DNA from: Pontiella sp.
Lineage (GTDB): Bacteria > Verrucomicrobiota > Kiritimatiellia > Kiritimatiellales > Pontiellaceae
Direction of reading: 5' to 3'
Assembly: GCA_050290185.1 (NCBI GenBank)
Contig: JBNKHE010000001.1
Span: forward strand, 98,713 to 162,712
DNA: 64,000 nucleotides
Positions 29,861 through 38,269 of the stretch are shown piece after piece. The translations under genes were made by a program, and so were the position numbers. The notes below the pieces were generated by a model. The model searched no databases. It saw nothing but the letters and a program-made list of their open reading frames with translations, and was not told the DNA's origin. The number at the start of each line of letters is the position of its first letter. Positions within the stretch are counted from its first letter, which is position 1.

Positions 29861-30598
29861 TTATTGGTTTTCCGCGGAATATTTTTGCATACGCTGTACC
29901 GCTGATTGGGTAGTGATTACTTCATTGGCCATGAAGCCGAAGTTGATCAAGGCGGCCTTGTAGCCATCGCCGAGTTCCGGTGTCACGGCGGCGGCGGTGG
30001 CGTCTTTTACCACGACCACTTCAAAGCCCTGCTCCAGTAGTTCCCGCATATGCGACTCCGTGCAGAGGTTCGCCGACATCCCGCCGAGAATCACCGTATC
30101 GATTTTGCGTTTGCGAAGCTGCAGCACGAGGTCGTTAGTCTCGGGGCCATATATTTTATGCGGACTGGTGACAACGGTTTTTCCATCCTGGATATAGGGT
30201 TTGTAACGCTCGAGCCAGTCCGCGCCGGACCCTTCAAAACCGTCCATGCTCAGGGCATCCTTCCGGTCGAACATATGGATCTGGTGCATCAGCGCTTCCA
30301 GCTTACCTTCGAAGTGCCAGTGGTGATCGGTTGGGTAGTAATAGTGAGGAGAAACAAAAACCTGAAAACCGGTCTCTTTAGCCGTTTTGAAGAGCTGGTC
30401 CAGATGTTCTACCGTGTGGTTTTCTTCCACGCTTTTTCCGACGACGCCCCAAGTGACGCCCTGCGGGCTCAGGAAGTCATTTTGCGGATCGGTGATGACC
30501 AACGCGGTGGTGGCTGGATTGAAAGTCACTTCCGCAGCAGCAGTGATTGAGATGGCGGTCAGAGCGAGTACGGTGAGTTTTTTAATCGTTGTTTTCAT
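29861..30598 (-). CDS. Exported isochorismatase-family cysteine hydrolase
   Basis: Signal peptide; TDPQNDF (Asp), PHK (Lys), SANLC (Cys) triad. Confidence 0.92.
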   Translation of the reverse strand: MKTTIKKLTVLALTAISITAAAEVTFNPATTALVITDPQNDFLSPQGVTWGVVGKSVEENHTVEHLDQLFKTAKETGFQVFVSPHYYYPTDHHWHFEGKLEALMHQIHMFDRKDALSMDGFEGSGADWLERYKPYIQDGKTVVTSPHKIYGPETNDLVLQLRKRKIDTVILGGMSANLCTESHMRELLEQGFEVVVVKDATAAAVTPELGDGYKAALINFGFMANEVITTQSAVQRMQKYSAENQ

Positions 30599-30674
30599 AA
30601 TATTTTCCTTTCACGTATTTGATTTAAGTGGCGAGTTCGCCGGTTGGTTTCAAGATCATCGTTTGTGGTTAAAT

Positions 30675-30851
30675 TCAGTCTTTCGGACCGGCTTCACGAC
30701 ACAAGATTTCAGCGCCTTCCACCGTTACGGGTTTGCTCATTGCTGGGCAGCCCGTCTCCGACTTTCCGGCATGGACGGACCCTGCTGTACAGGCCAGCAG
30801 GACCACTGGCAGTGCTTTGATTATTATGCGTATGGGACTTCTTTTTTTCAT
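30675..30851 (-). CDS. Small secreted peptide (58 aa)
   Basis: SD-like AGGAG; signal peptide ending VHA; ~30-aa mature part with two Cys. Confidence 0.5.
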   Translation of the reverse strand: MKKRSPIRIIIKALPVVLLACTAGSVHAGKSETGCPAMSKPVTVEGAEILCREAGPKD

Positions 30852-30915
30852 TGTACTTCTCCTGTTCTGCAATGCCTGGCGCACCGCGATTTTGATTACG
30901 TTTTCTTCGTAGGTT

Positions 30916-31584
30916 TTAAATATGGATTCTCTCCGGCAACATGAAAGGCTCAGAGAGCTCCTCCGAAATGCTCATGGGTGCGGCCTCCAAAGGGCGAGAC
31001 GAGATTTGGATCTGCTTGGCGAAGGTATTGAGTCCATCCCTAAGCTGCATTCGCGCCCGGTGTAGGATCACGTAGAGGTTCGCCCGAGAGATATTAAGCG
31101 TCCGGCAAATCTCTTCCGCCGACAGTCCCTCCAGTTCTCGGAGCACAAACGCATGGTGCTGGAGTGCGGGGAGCGAACGCATGCACGTCTGCAAAAGTTC
31201 TCCCAGTTCCTTGTTTTCCATCGCCATCCGGGGGTTCTCATGCCAATCCGCCGGAGTGCCCTTCCACCGTCCGCTCGAATCAAAAGCAATATTTGCTTCT
31301 TCCCCGAATGTATCGGTATCCTCGACGGGAATGGCGCGTCCTTCCCTCTTAACGGCGTCGACGATTTTATGGCGCATAATTCCAACCAGCCACGTGCGTA
31401 CCGAAGAGCGGCCCGAGAAGCCGTGTCGCGCCTTAAGCGCCGCCAGAAACGTTTCCTGCACCACGTCTTCGGCGGTACTTTGGTTCCGCAACCGGGTACG
31501 GGCATACGCATACAAGGCATCGCCATGTTCGTCTACCCACGTATCGGGCGACAGCGCGGCACTTTTTCTCGGGCCGGGTTTCAT
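30916..31584 (-). CDS. ECF sigma-70 factor
   Basis: AEDVVQETFL, FSGRSS.RTWL.GI.RHK, FVLRELEGLS..EIC..L, LHRAR. Confidence 0.93.
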   Translation of the reverse strand: MKPGPRKSAALSPDTWVDEHGDALYAYARTRLRNQSTAEDVVQETFLAALKARHGFSGRSSVRTWLVGIMRHKIVDAVKREGRAIPVEDTDTFGEEANIAFDSSGRWKGTPADWHENPRMAMENKELGELLQTCMRSLPALQHHAFVLRELEGLSAEEICRTLNISRANLYVILHRARMQLRDGLNTFAKQIQISSRPLEAAPMSISEELSEPFMLPERIHI

Positions 31585-32144
31585 TAACCGATCTCCAACT
31601 CGCGGACGGTTTCCAGTGCTGGGGCGGCGGGGAAGTCGACCTCAACCTGGGCCACATGGTTAAAATAGTTCGTGAAAATATTCTTCACCACATGAGCAAC
31701 GATTTCCGTAATGTCTTCGTCGGTGTATCCCGCTCCACGAACATTGGCCACGTCGGCATCCGTCACCCAGCCCTGCTTCTCCACCACTGCTTTCGCGAAC
31801 AGCAGGGCTGCCTCTTCCTTACTGTCGATCGATTTTGCGCGACGGCTGTCGATCGCCTGCTCACCGCTAAGGCCCACCATCTTTCCAATCGCAGTGTGTG
31901 CAGCAAGGCAGTACTTGCAGTCGTTGATCTCGGCGACGGTCAGCGCGATCTGCTCGCGCAGTGTCGGAGGGAGCGTGCCTTTATCGAGCGCGCCGAATCC
32001 AAGATAAGTCCCGAGCGCGGCAGGCGCATTGGCCAGAGTGCGGGTCAGGTTTGGAACCATCCCGTATTTACTCTGGATCTTATCCATCATCTCTTTCGTG
32101 TTCCCGGTCGCAGTCTCTGGTTTGATGGCATTTAGTCGTTGCAT
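31584..32144 (-). CDS. AhpD/carboxymuconolactone decarboxylase-family peroxidase-related protein
   Basis: REQIALTVAEINDCKYCLAAHT (CxxC..H); TNYFNH...VDFP. Confidence 0.93.
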   Translation of the reverse strand: MQRLNAIKPETATGNTKEMMDKIQSKYGMVPNLTRTLANAPAALGTYLGFGALDKGTLPPTLREQIALTVAEINDCKYCLAAHTAIGKMVGLSGEQAIDSRRAKSIDSKEEAALLFAKAVVEKQGWVTDADVANVRGAGYTDEDITEIVAHVVKNIFTNYFNHVAQVEVDFPAAPALETVRELEIG

Positions 32145-32185
32145 GATATTTTCCTTCTGTTTGGGGTTAATGTTTTCACCCCTAA

Positions 32186-32201
32186 TGCACGGGCCATGCC
32201 A
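32186..32201 (-). promoter_or_regulatory. Sigma-54 (-24/-12) promoter of the AhpD operon
   Basis: Minus strand TGGCATGGCCCGTGCA: GG-N10-GC spacing, ~40 nt upstream of the AhpD start. Confidence 0.85.
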
Positions 32202-32270
32202 TCGAGCACATACTTACATAACCTGCACTAATACAAAGCATAAGGACGCTTAGGACGAAAATTAAAATAT

Positions 32271-32321
32271 AACGAAATATCGTTTATTACGATATTTCGT
32301 TGAATATAAACGATATTTCGT
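32271..32321. promoter_or_regulatory. Three enhancer (UAS) sites for the adjacent activator
   Basis: ACGAAATATCGT (32272-83), ACGATATTTCGT (32289-300), ACGATATTTCGT (32310-21): the same 12-mer, first copy inverted, last two 21 bp apart. Confidence 0.8.
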
Positions 32322-32334
32322 CTACAAAACGACC

Positions 32335-33951
32335 ATGAATACGGACCCTGCAGACTGTGCCGAAACAGATATAATGAAAAACCTGCTGCTGGAGGTGGCG
32401 CAGGAGCGAAATGAGATCCGACTACTGAAGGTAATTGTTGATGGGTTGCGAGATCTGGAGAACGTGGCGCTGGCTCGGATCTGGCTGATTCGCCCGGGCG
32501 ATATTTGTTCCACTTGCCCGTTGCGGAAAGAATGTCCGGATCACACAGAGTGCCTGCATTTAATGGCTAGCGCAGGAAATCCAATTGCGGAAAAAGGCGC
32601 GGACTGGTCGCGGATCGATGGAAGGTTCCGGCGTTTCCCAATGGGCATTCGGAAAGTGGGCCGTGCGGCAACCAGCGGGAAGGGCTTTGAAATTAGAGAT
32701 ATTCAGAAGGAGTCCCGCGATATTGCACTCCCGGAGTGGGCCGTGCGCGAGGGCATTCGCGGCTTTGAAGGACAGCCACTGGTTTACAAAGGGAAAATAC
32801 TCGGCGTGCTTGGCGTATTCACTCGTACGCCGGCGGTTTCGGAACATGTGGACTGGTTTCGCCTGCTCGCAGACCATGCGGCATCGGCCATCGCCAACGC
32901 GCTGGCCTTTGCAGAAATTGAGCGTTTAAAAAAACAGCTGGAACTGGAAAATGAATATCTGCGCGAAGAGGTCAATGAAGCGCAGGAATTCGGGGCGGTC
33001 GTTGGCAATAGCCCGGCACTGCGTGCGGTCATGCGTCAGGTCGAGCTGGTGGCTCCCACAGATGCCAGTGTTTTGATTCTGGGTGAATCGGGGACCGGGA
33101 AAGAATTAGTGGCTCGGGAAATTCATGAACGGAGCGATCGGCGCGACGGCCCCATGATCAAAGTCAACTGCCCTTCAATCCCGAGGGAGCTCTATGAAAG
33201 CGAATTCTTCGGCCATGTAAAGGGCGCCTTCACCGGAGCGCTTAAAGATCGCGCGGGCCGGTTTGAGGCCGCCGACGGCGGCACCCTGTTTCTGGATGAG
33301 ATCGGTGAAATTCCGATGGAGCTGCAGAGCCGCCTGTTGCGGGTGCTGCAGGAAGGAACCTATGAACGCGTCGGCGAGGAACGAACGCGCAAAGTCGATG
33401 TACGTATTATTGCAGCCACCAACCGTGATCTAAAAAAAGAGTCGGAGAAGGGGCGCTTCCGTGAAGACCTGTATTATCGCCTGAATGTTTTCCCGATTGT
33501 TGTGGCGCCCTTACGTAAACGAAAAGAAGATATTGGCCCGCTCGCCATGCATTTTCTGGAAATCGCCGGGAAAAAGATGCACCGTCCAAAATCCCGCTTA
33601 ACCACGGCCCGATTGCTGGAACTGCAGCAATACGATTGGCCGGGAAATATCCGGGAGCTGCAGAATGTAATCGAACGGGCCGTGATCACCTCCCCCGCCA
33701 GACAACTGCGTTTCGACTTAGCCCCACCCGCTTCCGGAAACACAAAGGACACGCTCCGTTCCGATGAGCCCGAACTCGAGGTCGTTCCGGAAAAAGAGAT
33801 GCGGCGCCGCGAACGCGATAATATTGCTGCAGCCCTGCGCGTTACGGGCGGGAAAATTCATGGAGCGGGCGGTGCCGCCGAGCTACTCGGAATGAAGCCG
33901 ACAACGCTGGCCTCGAGAATCCAAAAACTGGGGCTAAAAAAGAAACGATAA
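32335..33951 (+). CDS. Sigma-54-dependent activator (GAF-AAA+-HTH, FhlA-like)
   Basis: GAF with [16 protein letters not shown] insert; [44 protein letters not shown]. Confidence 0.96.
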   Translation: MNTDPADCAETDIMKNLLLEVAQERNEIRLLKVIVDGLRDLENVALARIWLIRPGDICSTCPLRKECPDHTECLHLMASAGNPIAEKGADWSRIDGRFRRFPMGIRKVGRAATSGKGFEIRDIQKESRDIALPEWAVREGIRGFEGQPLVYKGKILGVLGVFTRTPAVSEHVDWFRLLADHAASAIANALAFAEIERLKKQLELENEYLREEVNEAQEFGAVVGNSPALRAVMRQVELVAPTDASVLILGESGTGKELVAREIHERSDRRDGPMIKVNCPSIPRELYESEFFGHVKGAFTGALKDRAGRFEAADGGTLFLDEIGEIPMELQSRLLRVLQEGTYERVGEERTRKVDVRIIAATNRDLKKESEKGRFREDLYYRLNVFPIVVAPLRKRKEDIGPLAMHFLEIAGKKMHRPKSRLTTARLLELQQYDWPGNIRELQNVIERAVITSPARQLRFDLAPPASGNTKDTLRSDEPELEVVPEKEMRRRERDNIAAALRVTGGKIHGAGGAAELLGMKPTTLASRIQKLGLKKKR

Positions 33952-34020
33952 GACAAGGGCGCATATAGTTAACTCAAGAGCAGGAACAGCTGAAAGCAAA
34001 GGGGTCGATTTCAATCTATA

Positions 34021-34923
34021 CTACCCGGAAAGAACGATCAGCAACACACCGATCAAAATTCCAAGCAATACCCAGGCTTTCTTGCGCTTGTTGACTTCCT
34101 TGAACAGGAACGCTCCGGCAAGGAACGACACCACCACACTGCACCGGCGCAGGATCGACAGGATAATGATCAGTGCATCCGGATAGGCGACGGCGAAGAA
34201 ATAGGCAAAGTCGGCAACGTATAATAGGATGCCAATCAGCGGAATGCTCCAGCGCCAGGTAAACGGCGTACTCCGTTTCCGCTGAGGCCACCAAAGCGCG
34301 AAGAAATAGACCGTAAAGATCGACATCAGGTAGATCGTAAACCAAACCTGCACCTGAACAGGTCCATAGCCCATGCGTTGAATAAGCCACTTGTCATAGA
34401 GCGTACTGCAGGTTCCGATCAGCGTGGCCAGAAAGATGAAGAGAATCCATTTGCTGCGGTGGAAGTGAATACCCTCGTCGCGACCCAACACGGAGAAGGC
34501 GAAATAGCAGCAAAAGATTAAACCCATACCAACCCATTGCAAGGGCGCGGGATGTTCATGAAACAAAAGCGTCGCTCCTAAAATGGTCCATACGGGGGCC
34601 GAAGCGCGAATGGGCGAGACGATGGAAATTGGAAGATGCTTCATCGCAAAATAAGCCAGCACCCACGACGTACTCACAATCATGGCTTTAGCGAAAAGCA
34701 ACCCATGTCCTGCCGCCGTCATCGGCGCCACCATTAACCCGACCGAAGCCATGAAACCCGGAGCGACCGCCGATCCCAGCAAGAGCGGCCATGCCAGTTG
34801 CACCCCGGCTAGATTGGACAGGAACAACACGGGAAGGACGGCATTTTCCCGCAATGCATGCTTCTTGCAGACGTCATAAACGCCCAGAAACACCATCGAA
34901 ACCAATCCCAACCCAATCCACAT
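34021..34923 (-). CDS. EamA/DMT-family transporter
   Basis: About 10 TM segments; MKHLPISIVSPIRA; LFKE repeat pattern. Confidence 0.88.
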   Translation of the reverse strand: MWIGLGLVSMVFLGVYDVCKKHALRENAVLPVLFLSNLAGVQLAWPLLLGSAVAPGFMASVGLMVAPMTAAGHGLLFAKAMIVSTSWVLAYFAMKHLPISIVSPIRASAPVWTILGATLLFHEHPAPLQWVGMGLIFCCYFAFSVLGRDEGIHFHRSKWILFIFLATLIGTCSTLYDKWLIQRMGYGPVQVQVWFTIYLMSIFTVYFFALWWPQRKRSTPFTWRWSIPLIGILLYVADFAYFFAVAYPDALIIILSILRRCSVVVSFLAGAFLFKEVNKRKKAWVLLGILIGVLLIVLSG

Positions 34924-35028
34924 CGGAATGTCCTTTTTCTTAGTAAAAACCCGTTTTTGGCGGGCATGAGTCGCGCACAATAGCTACTTGCGTTTGCAAT
35001 GCAAATCAAATACGGTGCCCAGCCTTTG

Positions 35029-35164
35029 AACGAGGAACGGCAATCCCGTTCCCGTTAATGGTTATTAGGTATTGGTTAACAGGAATTCACCTGCGCCCCC
35101 CCTGATAACGATTAACAATTAACGATGAACTGCTACGGATGAGAAGCATTCGTGGCCAAGGAGG
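35029..35164 (+). promoter_or_regulatory. Structured 5' leader of asd (three hairpins)
   Basis: Stems 35029-56, 35054-130 and 35132-56, then SD AGGAGG; candidate promoter TTGCGT-17-TACGGT at 34988-35016. Confidence 0.5.
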
Positions 35165-35171
35165 ACAAGCG

Positions 35172-36278
35172 ATGAAAACCGGACTAATTGGATGGCGCGG
35201 CATGGTCGGCTCGGTGCTGATGGAACGCATGCGCGAAGAAAACGACTTTGAACATATCGAACCCGTCTTCTTTACCACATCCCAGACCGGCAAACCCGCC
35301 CCGGATGTTGGTCAAGGAGCGTCGGTGTTGCTCGACGCCTATGACCTCGATGAACTCGCGAAGATGGATACCATCGTCACCTGCCAGGGTGGCGACTACA
35401 CCGGCAAGGTGCACGCTGACCTGCGCGCCAAAGGCTGGAACGGCTATTGGATCGACGCAGCCTCCACCCTGCGCATGGCCGAACAGGCCACCATCATTCT
35501 TGACCCCGTTAACAGCCCGGTCATCGACCAGGCGCTGGCCGACGGCAAGAAGGATTTCATCGGCGGAAACTGCACCGTCAGCCTGATGCTCATGGCCATC
35601 GGCGGCCTCTTCAAGGCCGGCCTCGTGGAATGGGTTTCCTCCATGACTTACCAGGCCGCCTCCGGCGCCGGCGCCCAGAACATGCGCGAACTGCTCGCCC
35701 AGAAGGGTCACCTATTCGATGCCGCCGCGGAAGATCTCAAGAATCCTGCGTCCGCCATTCTGGACATCGACCGCAAGGTCAGCGACGCGCTGCGCAGCGA
35801 CACCATGCCGACCGAACAGTTCGGCGCTCCGCTGGCCGGCTCGCTGATCCCGTGGATCGACAAGGCCGTCGATGACGGCCAGACCAAGGAAGAGTGGAAG
35901 GGCCACGCTGAAACCAACAAGATTCTTCAGAACGATCCGGCTATTCCGATCGATGGTCTGTGTGTCCGCATCGGTGCCATGCGCAGCCACAGTCAGGCCC
36001 TGACCATCAAACTGAAGAAGGATGTTTCGGTTGAAGAAATTGAAGAGATCCTCCGCAATGACAACGAGTGGGTCGACGTGGTCTCCAACAACAAGGAAGA
36101 GACGCTAAAGCGTTTGACCCCAGCCGCCATTTCCGGCACGCTAACCGTTCCGGTCGGTCGCATCCACAAGATGAAAATGGGCCCGGAATACGTCGCCGCC
36201 TTCACCGTTGGCGATCAGCTTCTCTGGGGCGCCGCCGAACCGCTCCGCCGGATGCTCCGCATCCTGCTGGAGAAATAG
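35172..36278 (+). CDS. asd: Aspartate-semialdehyde dehydrogenase (E. coli-like type)
   Basis: [44 protein letters not shown]. Confidence 0.97.
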   Translation: MKTGLIGWRGMVGSVLMERMREENDFEHIEPVFFTTSQTGKPAPDVGQGASVLLDAYDLDELAKMDTIVTCQGGDYTGKVHADLRAKGWNGYWIDAASTLRMAEQATIILDPVNSPVIDQALADGKKDFIGGNCTVSLMLMAIGGLFKAGLVEWVSSMTYQAASGAGAQNMRELLAQKGHLFDAAAEDLKNPASAILDIDRKVSDALRSDTMPTEQFGAPLAGSLIPWIDKAVDDGQTKEEWKGHAETNKILQNDPAIPIDGLCVRIGAMRSHSQALTIKLKKDVSVEEIEEILRNDNEWVDVVSNNKEETLKRLTPAAISGTLTVPVGRIHKMKMGPEYVAAFTVGDQLLWGAAEPLRRMLRILLEK

Positions 36279-36299
36279 TAGGGATCATATCCGAACAAG

Positions 36300-36331
36300 A
36301 AAACCCCGCGGCCAACCGCGGGGTTTTATTT
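36300..36331. terminator. Bidirectional intrinsic terminator
   Basis: AAAACCCCGCGG-CCAA-CCGCGGGGTTTT between convergent genes. Confidence 0.85.
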
Positions 36332-37212
36332 TAGCCATACAGTTTTTCGCGCAGCTCGGAGAGCTTTTGCGCCAGCGCGATATCGCTGGCATAGATCATC
36401 CCCCGATGATTCATGTAGGTCGAATCAGGACGGTTGAGATCCAATGGGTCGCCAAAACTATCGGTAGCGACTGCGCCGGCCTCCTGTGCAATGCAAGCGG
36501 TGGCGGCATAGTCCCATAGGCTTCCTCCGCCGTCTTCCGATTTGGGAAACTTGAAATAGCACGCGGGAGCCCGCTCCAGCACCCAGCAGGAACACATCGC
36601 CGCCCCTCCCTGGAATTGCGACTCAACACCGCACAATCCCAACTCCTCGGCAATGATTTCAAGACGCGCCATGATCTCACTGAAACGGGGATGTTGAACA
36701 AAGCCGTTATCGCTGACCAGCGACAACGATCTGCCGCTCCAATCCATCCGGAACGGTTCTCCATTGCGGAATGCACCGACTCCGGAAATTGCGTGATAAA
36801 GAACCTGTTCCACGGGATCGAATACCACCCCGATCAACGGATCGCCGGACCTCGAAGTCAGTCCGATGGATACCGCATATCCGGGCGTTCCTTCCACAAA
36901 ACAGAGCGTGCCATCCATCGGATCGATGCACCAGAACGCATCCTTCTCCAGCCGGGCTGGATCATCCGGTTGTTCTTCCGAAAGCAGGGCCAGATCATAC
37001 TCCTCACAGGTAGGTTTCAGTATGTTCAGGATCGCCTCCTGACTCATGAAATCGACCTCTGTCACCACCTCGGATGCACGGCTCGGCGCATTGGCCTTGG
37101 TTTTGACTTCGACCGGACGGCTCGCATGTTCCGCAATCAGCGCCCCCGCCTCGCGCGCCGCCAACACGGCCCGTTCCGCCAAATCCAACAGGTGCTCTTT
37201 TTCCAGCTTCAT
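36331..37212 (-). CDS. Inositol monophosphatase/CysQ-family phosphatase
   Basis: VTEVD, LSEE, WCIDPMDGT, WDYAA. Confidence 0.9.
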   Translation of the reverse strand: MKLEKEHLLDLAERAVLAAREAGALIAEHASRPVEVKTKANAPSRASEVVTEVDFMSQEAILNILKPTCEEYDLALLSEEQPDDPARLEKDAFWCIDPMDGTLCFVEGTPGYAVSIGLTSRSGDPLIGVVFDPVEQVLYHAISGVGAFRNGEPFRMDWSGRSLSLVSDNGFVQHPRFSEIMARLEIIAEELGLCGVESQFQGGAAMCSCWVLERAPACYFKFPKSEDGGGSLWDYAATACIAQEAGAVATDSFGDPLDLNRPDSTYMNHRGMIYASDIALAQKLSELREKLYG

Positions 37213-38198
37213 TAAATGCCTCCCAATCCGGCAACCACCTCGCGGGCCAGCCGTTCGCTGTAATCGTTGATCTTCCAATGGCCGGGGCTCCAGCCTTTCA
37301 AAAAACGATGAAAATCGGTCCAGGCGACAGGATAGAGTGCGCGCCAGTCGCGTTCAACCGCGTCTGCGTCGAGATCCGGATGCCGCCTCTTCAGTGCGGC
37401 GCGCAATGCAGTAAAATAGATTTCGAGCAGTTCCCCTTCCCTACTCTCGCATTCCACCTCGCCCAGACAGCTCCCGATAAAATACGAAACATCCTTCATG
37501 CCGCACCCGCCGCCGACATATTGGAAATCAACGGCGGCTACCCGGGTGCCATCGCTCGAAAAACAAAAATTGGCCAGCTTGGCATCGCCGTGCACCAAGG
37601 TCTGAAACGGCGACTCCCGGAGTCTCCGGTCGATCGTTGCGGCCGCATCCCTCAGTGCCGGATCTTCATGGCCCAGCACGTTCAATTCATCGGGCCGCGT
37701 CTCAAGGTGCCAATAGGTTCCTTTTTCCCATAATCCGACCGGCTGCGCATTCATGAATGTGGCATGGAATTGGGCCAGCCAGAAAAGACAGGCCCGCAGT
37801 TCTTCATCGGATACATAATGACAGCGACCGCCGAATCCCACCGCATCGAGATCCTCTAGCACCAACAGGAATTCCTTGCCGTCCGAGTCCAGTGCAAGAC
37901 CATGCGGCACCCGGCATCCGGCATCGCACCGGGTACTCCACCGTTCATACCACGCCATCTCCACCTGATAGGATCGAACCTTCCGCTCGTGGGACAGATC
38001 CGTATTCCATCCGCGTGGATGATCCTGCTCCGTCGGCCAATGAACGTGCTTTATGATGACACGGTCAACCAATCCTCCTTGCAAGCGGACGCGGGCAATT
38101 TTCCCGTAGCCACTCCATAGGCTCTGAATGGTTTCCTGTCCAACCAGTGCATCCGCCCCGGTGGATTCCAGAATGGTTGAAATGAATTGTTCCTTCAT
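37212..38198 (-). CDS. Choline/ecdysteroid kinase-like phosphotransferase
   Basis: [26 protein letters not shown]. Confidence 0.85.
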   Translation of the reverse strand: MKEQFISTILESTGADALVGQETIQSLWSGYGKIARVRLQGGLVDRVIIKHVHWPTEQDHPRGWNTDLSHERKVRSYQVEMAWYERWSTRCDAGCRVPHGLALDSDGKEFLLVLEDLDAVGFGGRCHYVSDEELRACLFWLAQFHATFMNAQPVGLWEKGTYWHLETRPDELNVLGHEDPALRDAAATIDRRLRESPFQTLVHGDAKLANFCFSSDGTRVAAVDFQYVGGGCGMKDVSYFIGSCLGEVECESREGELLEIYFTALRAALKRRHPDLDADAVERDWRALYPVAWTDFHRFLKGWSPGHWKINDYSERLAREVVAGLGGI

Positions 38199-38208
38199 GT
38201 CCTTACAT

Positions 38209-38247
38209 GCAAAACGCAGAGTCTTTGGATCCGACTCTGCGTTTTGC
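38209..38247. terminator. Perfect 15-bp hairpin downstream of purL
   Basis: GCAAAACGCAGAGTC-9 nt-GACTCTGCGTTTTGC. Confidence 0.7.
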
Positions 38248-38269
38248 TCTCCGAATACGATCGATGAAA

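Noticed and set aside
30660..30680. Selenocysteine readthrough of the small peptide's TGA
   Set aside because: An in-frame TAA follows two codons later
35020..35171. Lysine riboswitch upstream of asd
   Set aside because: Conserved lysine-riboswitch core sequences not found; kept as an unclassified structured leader
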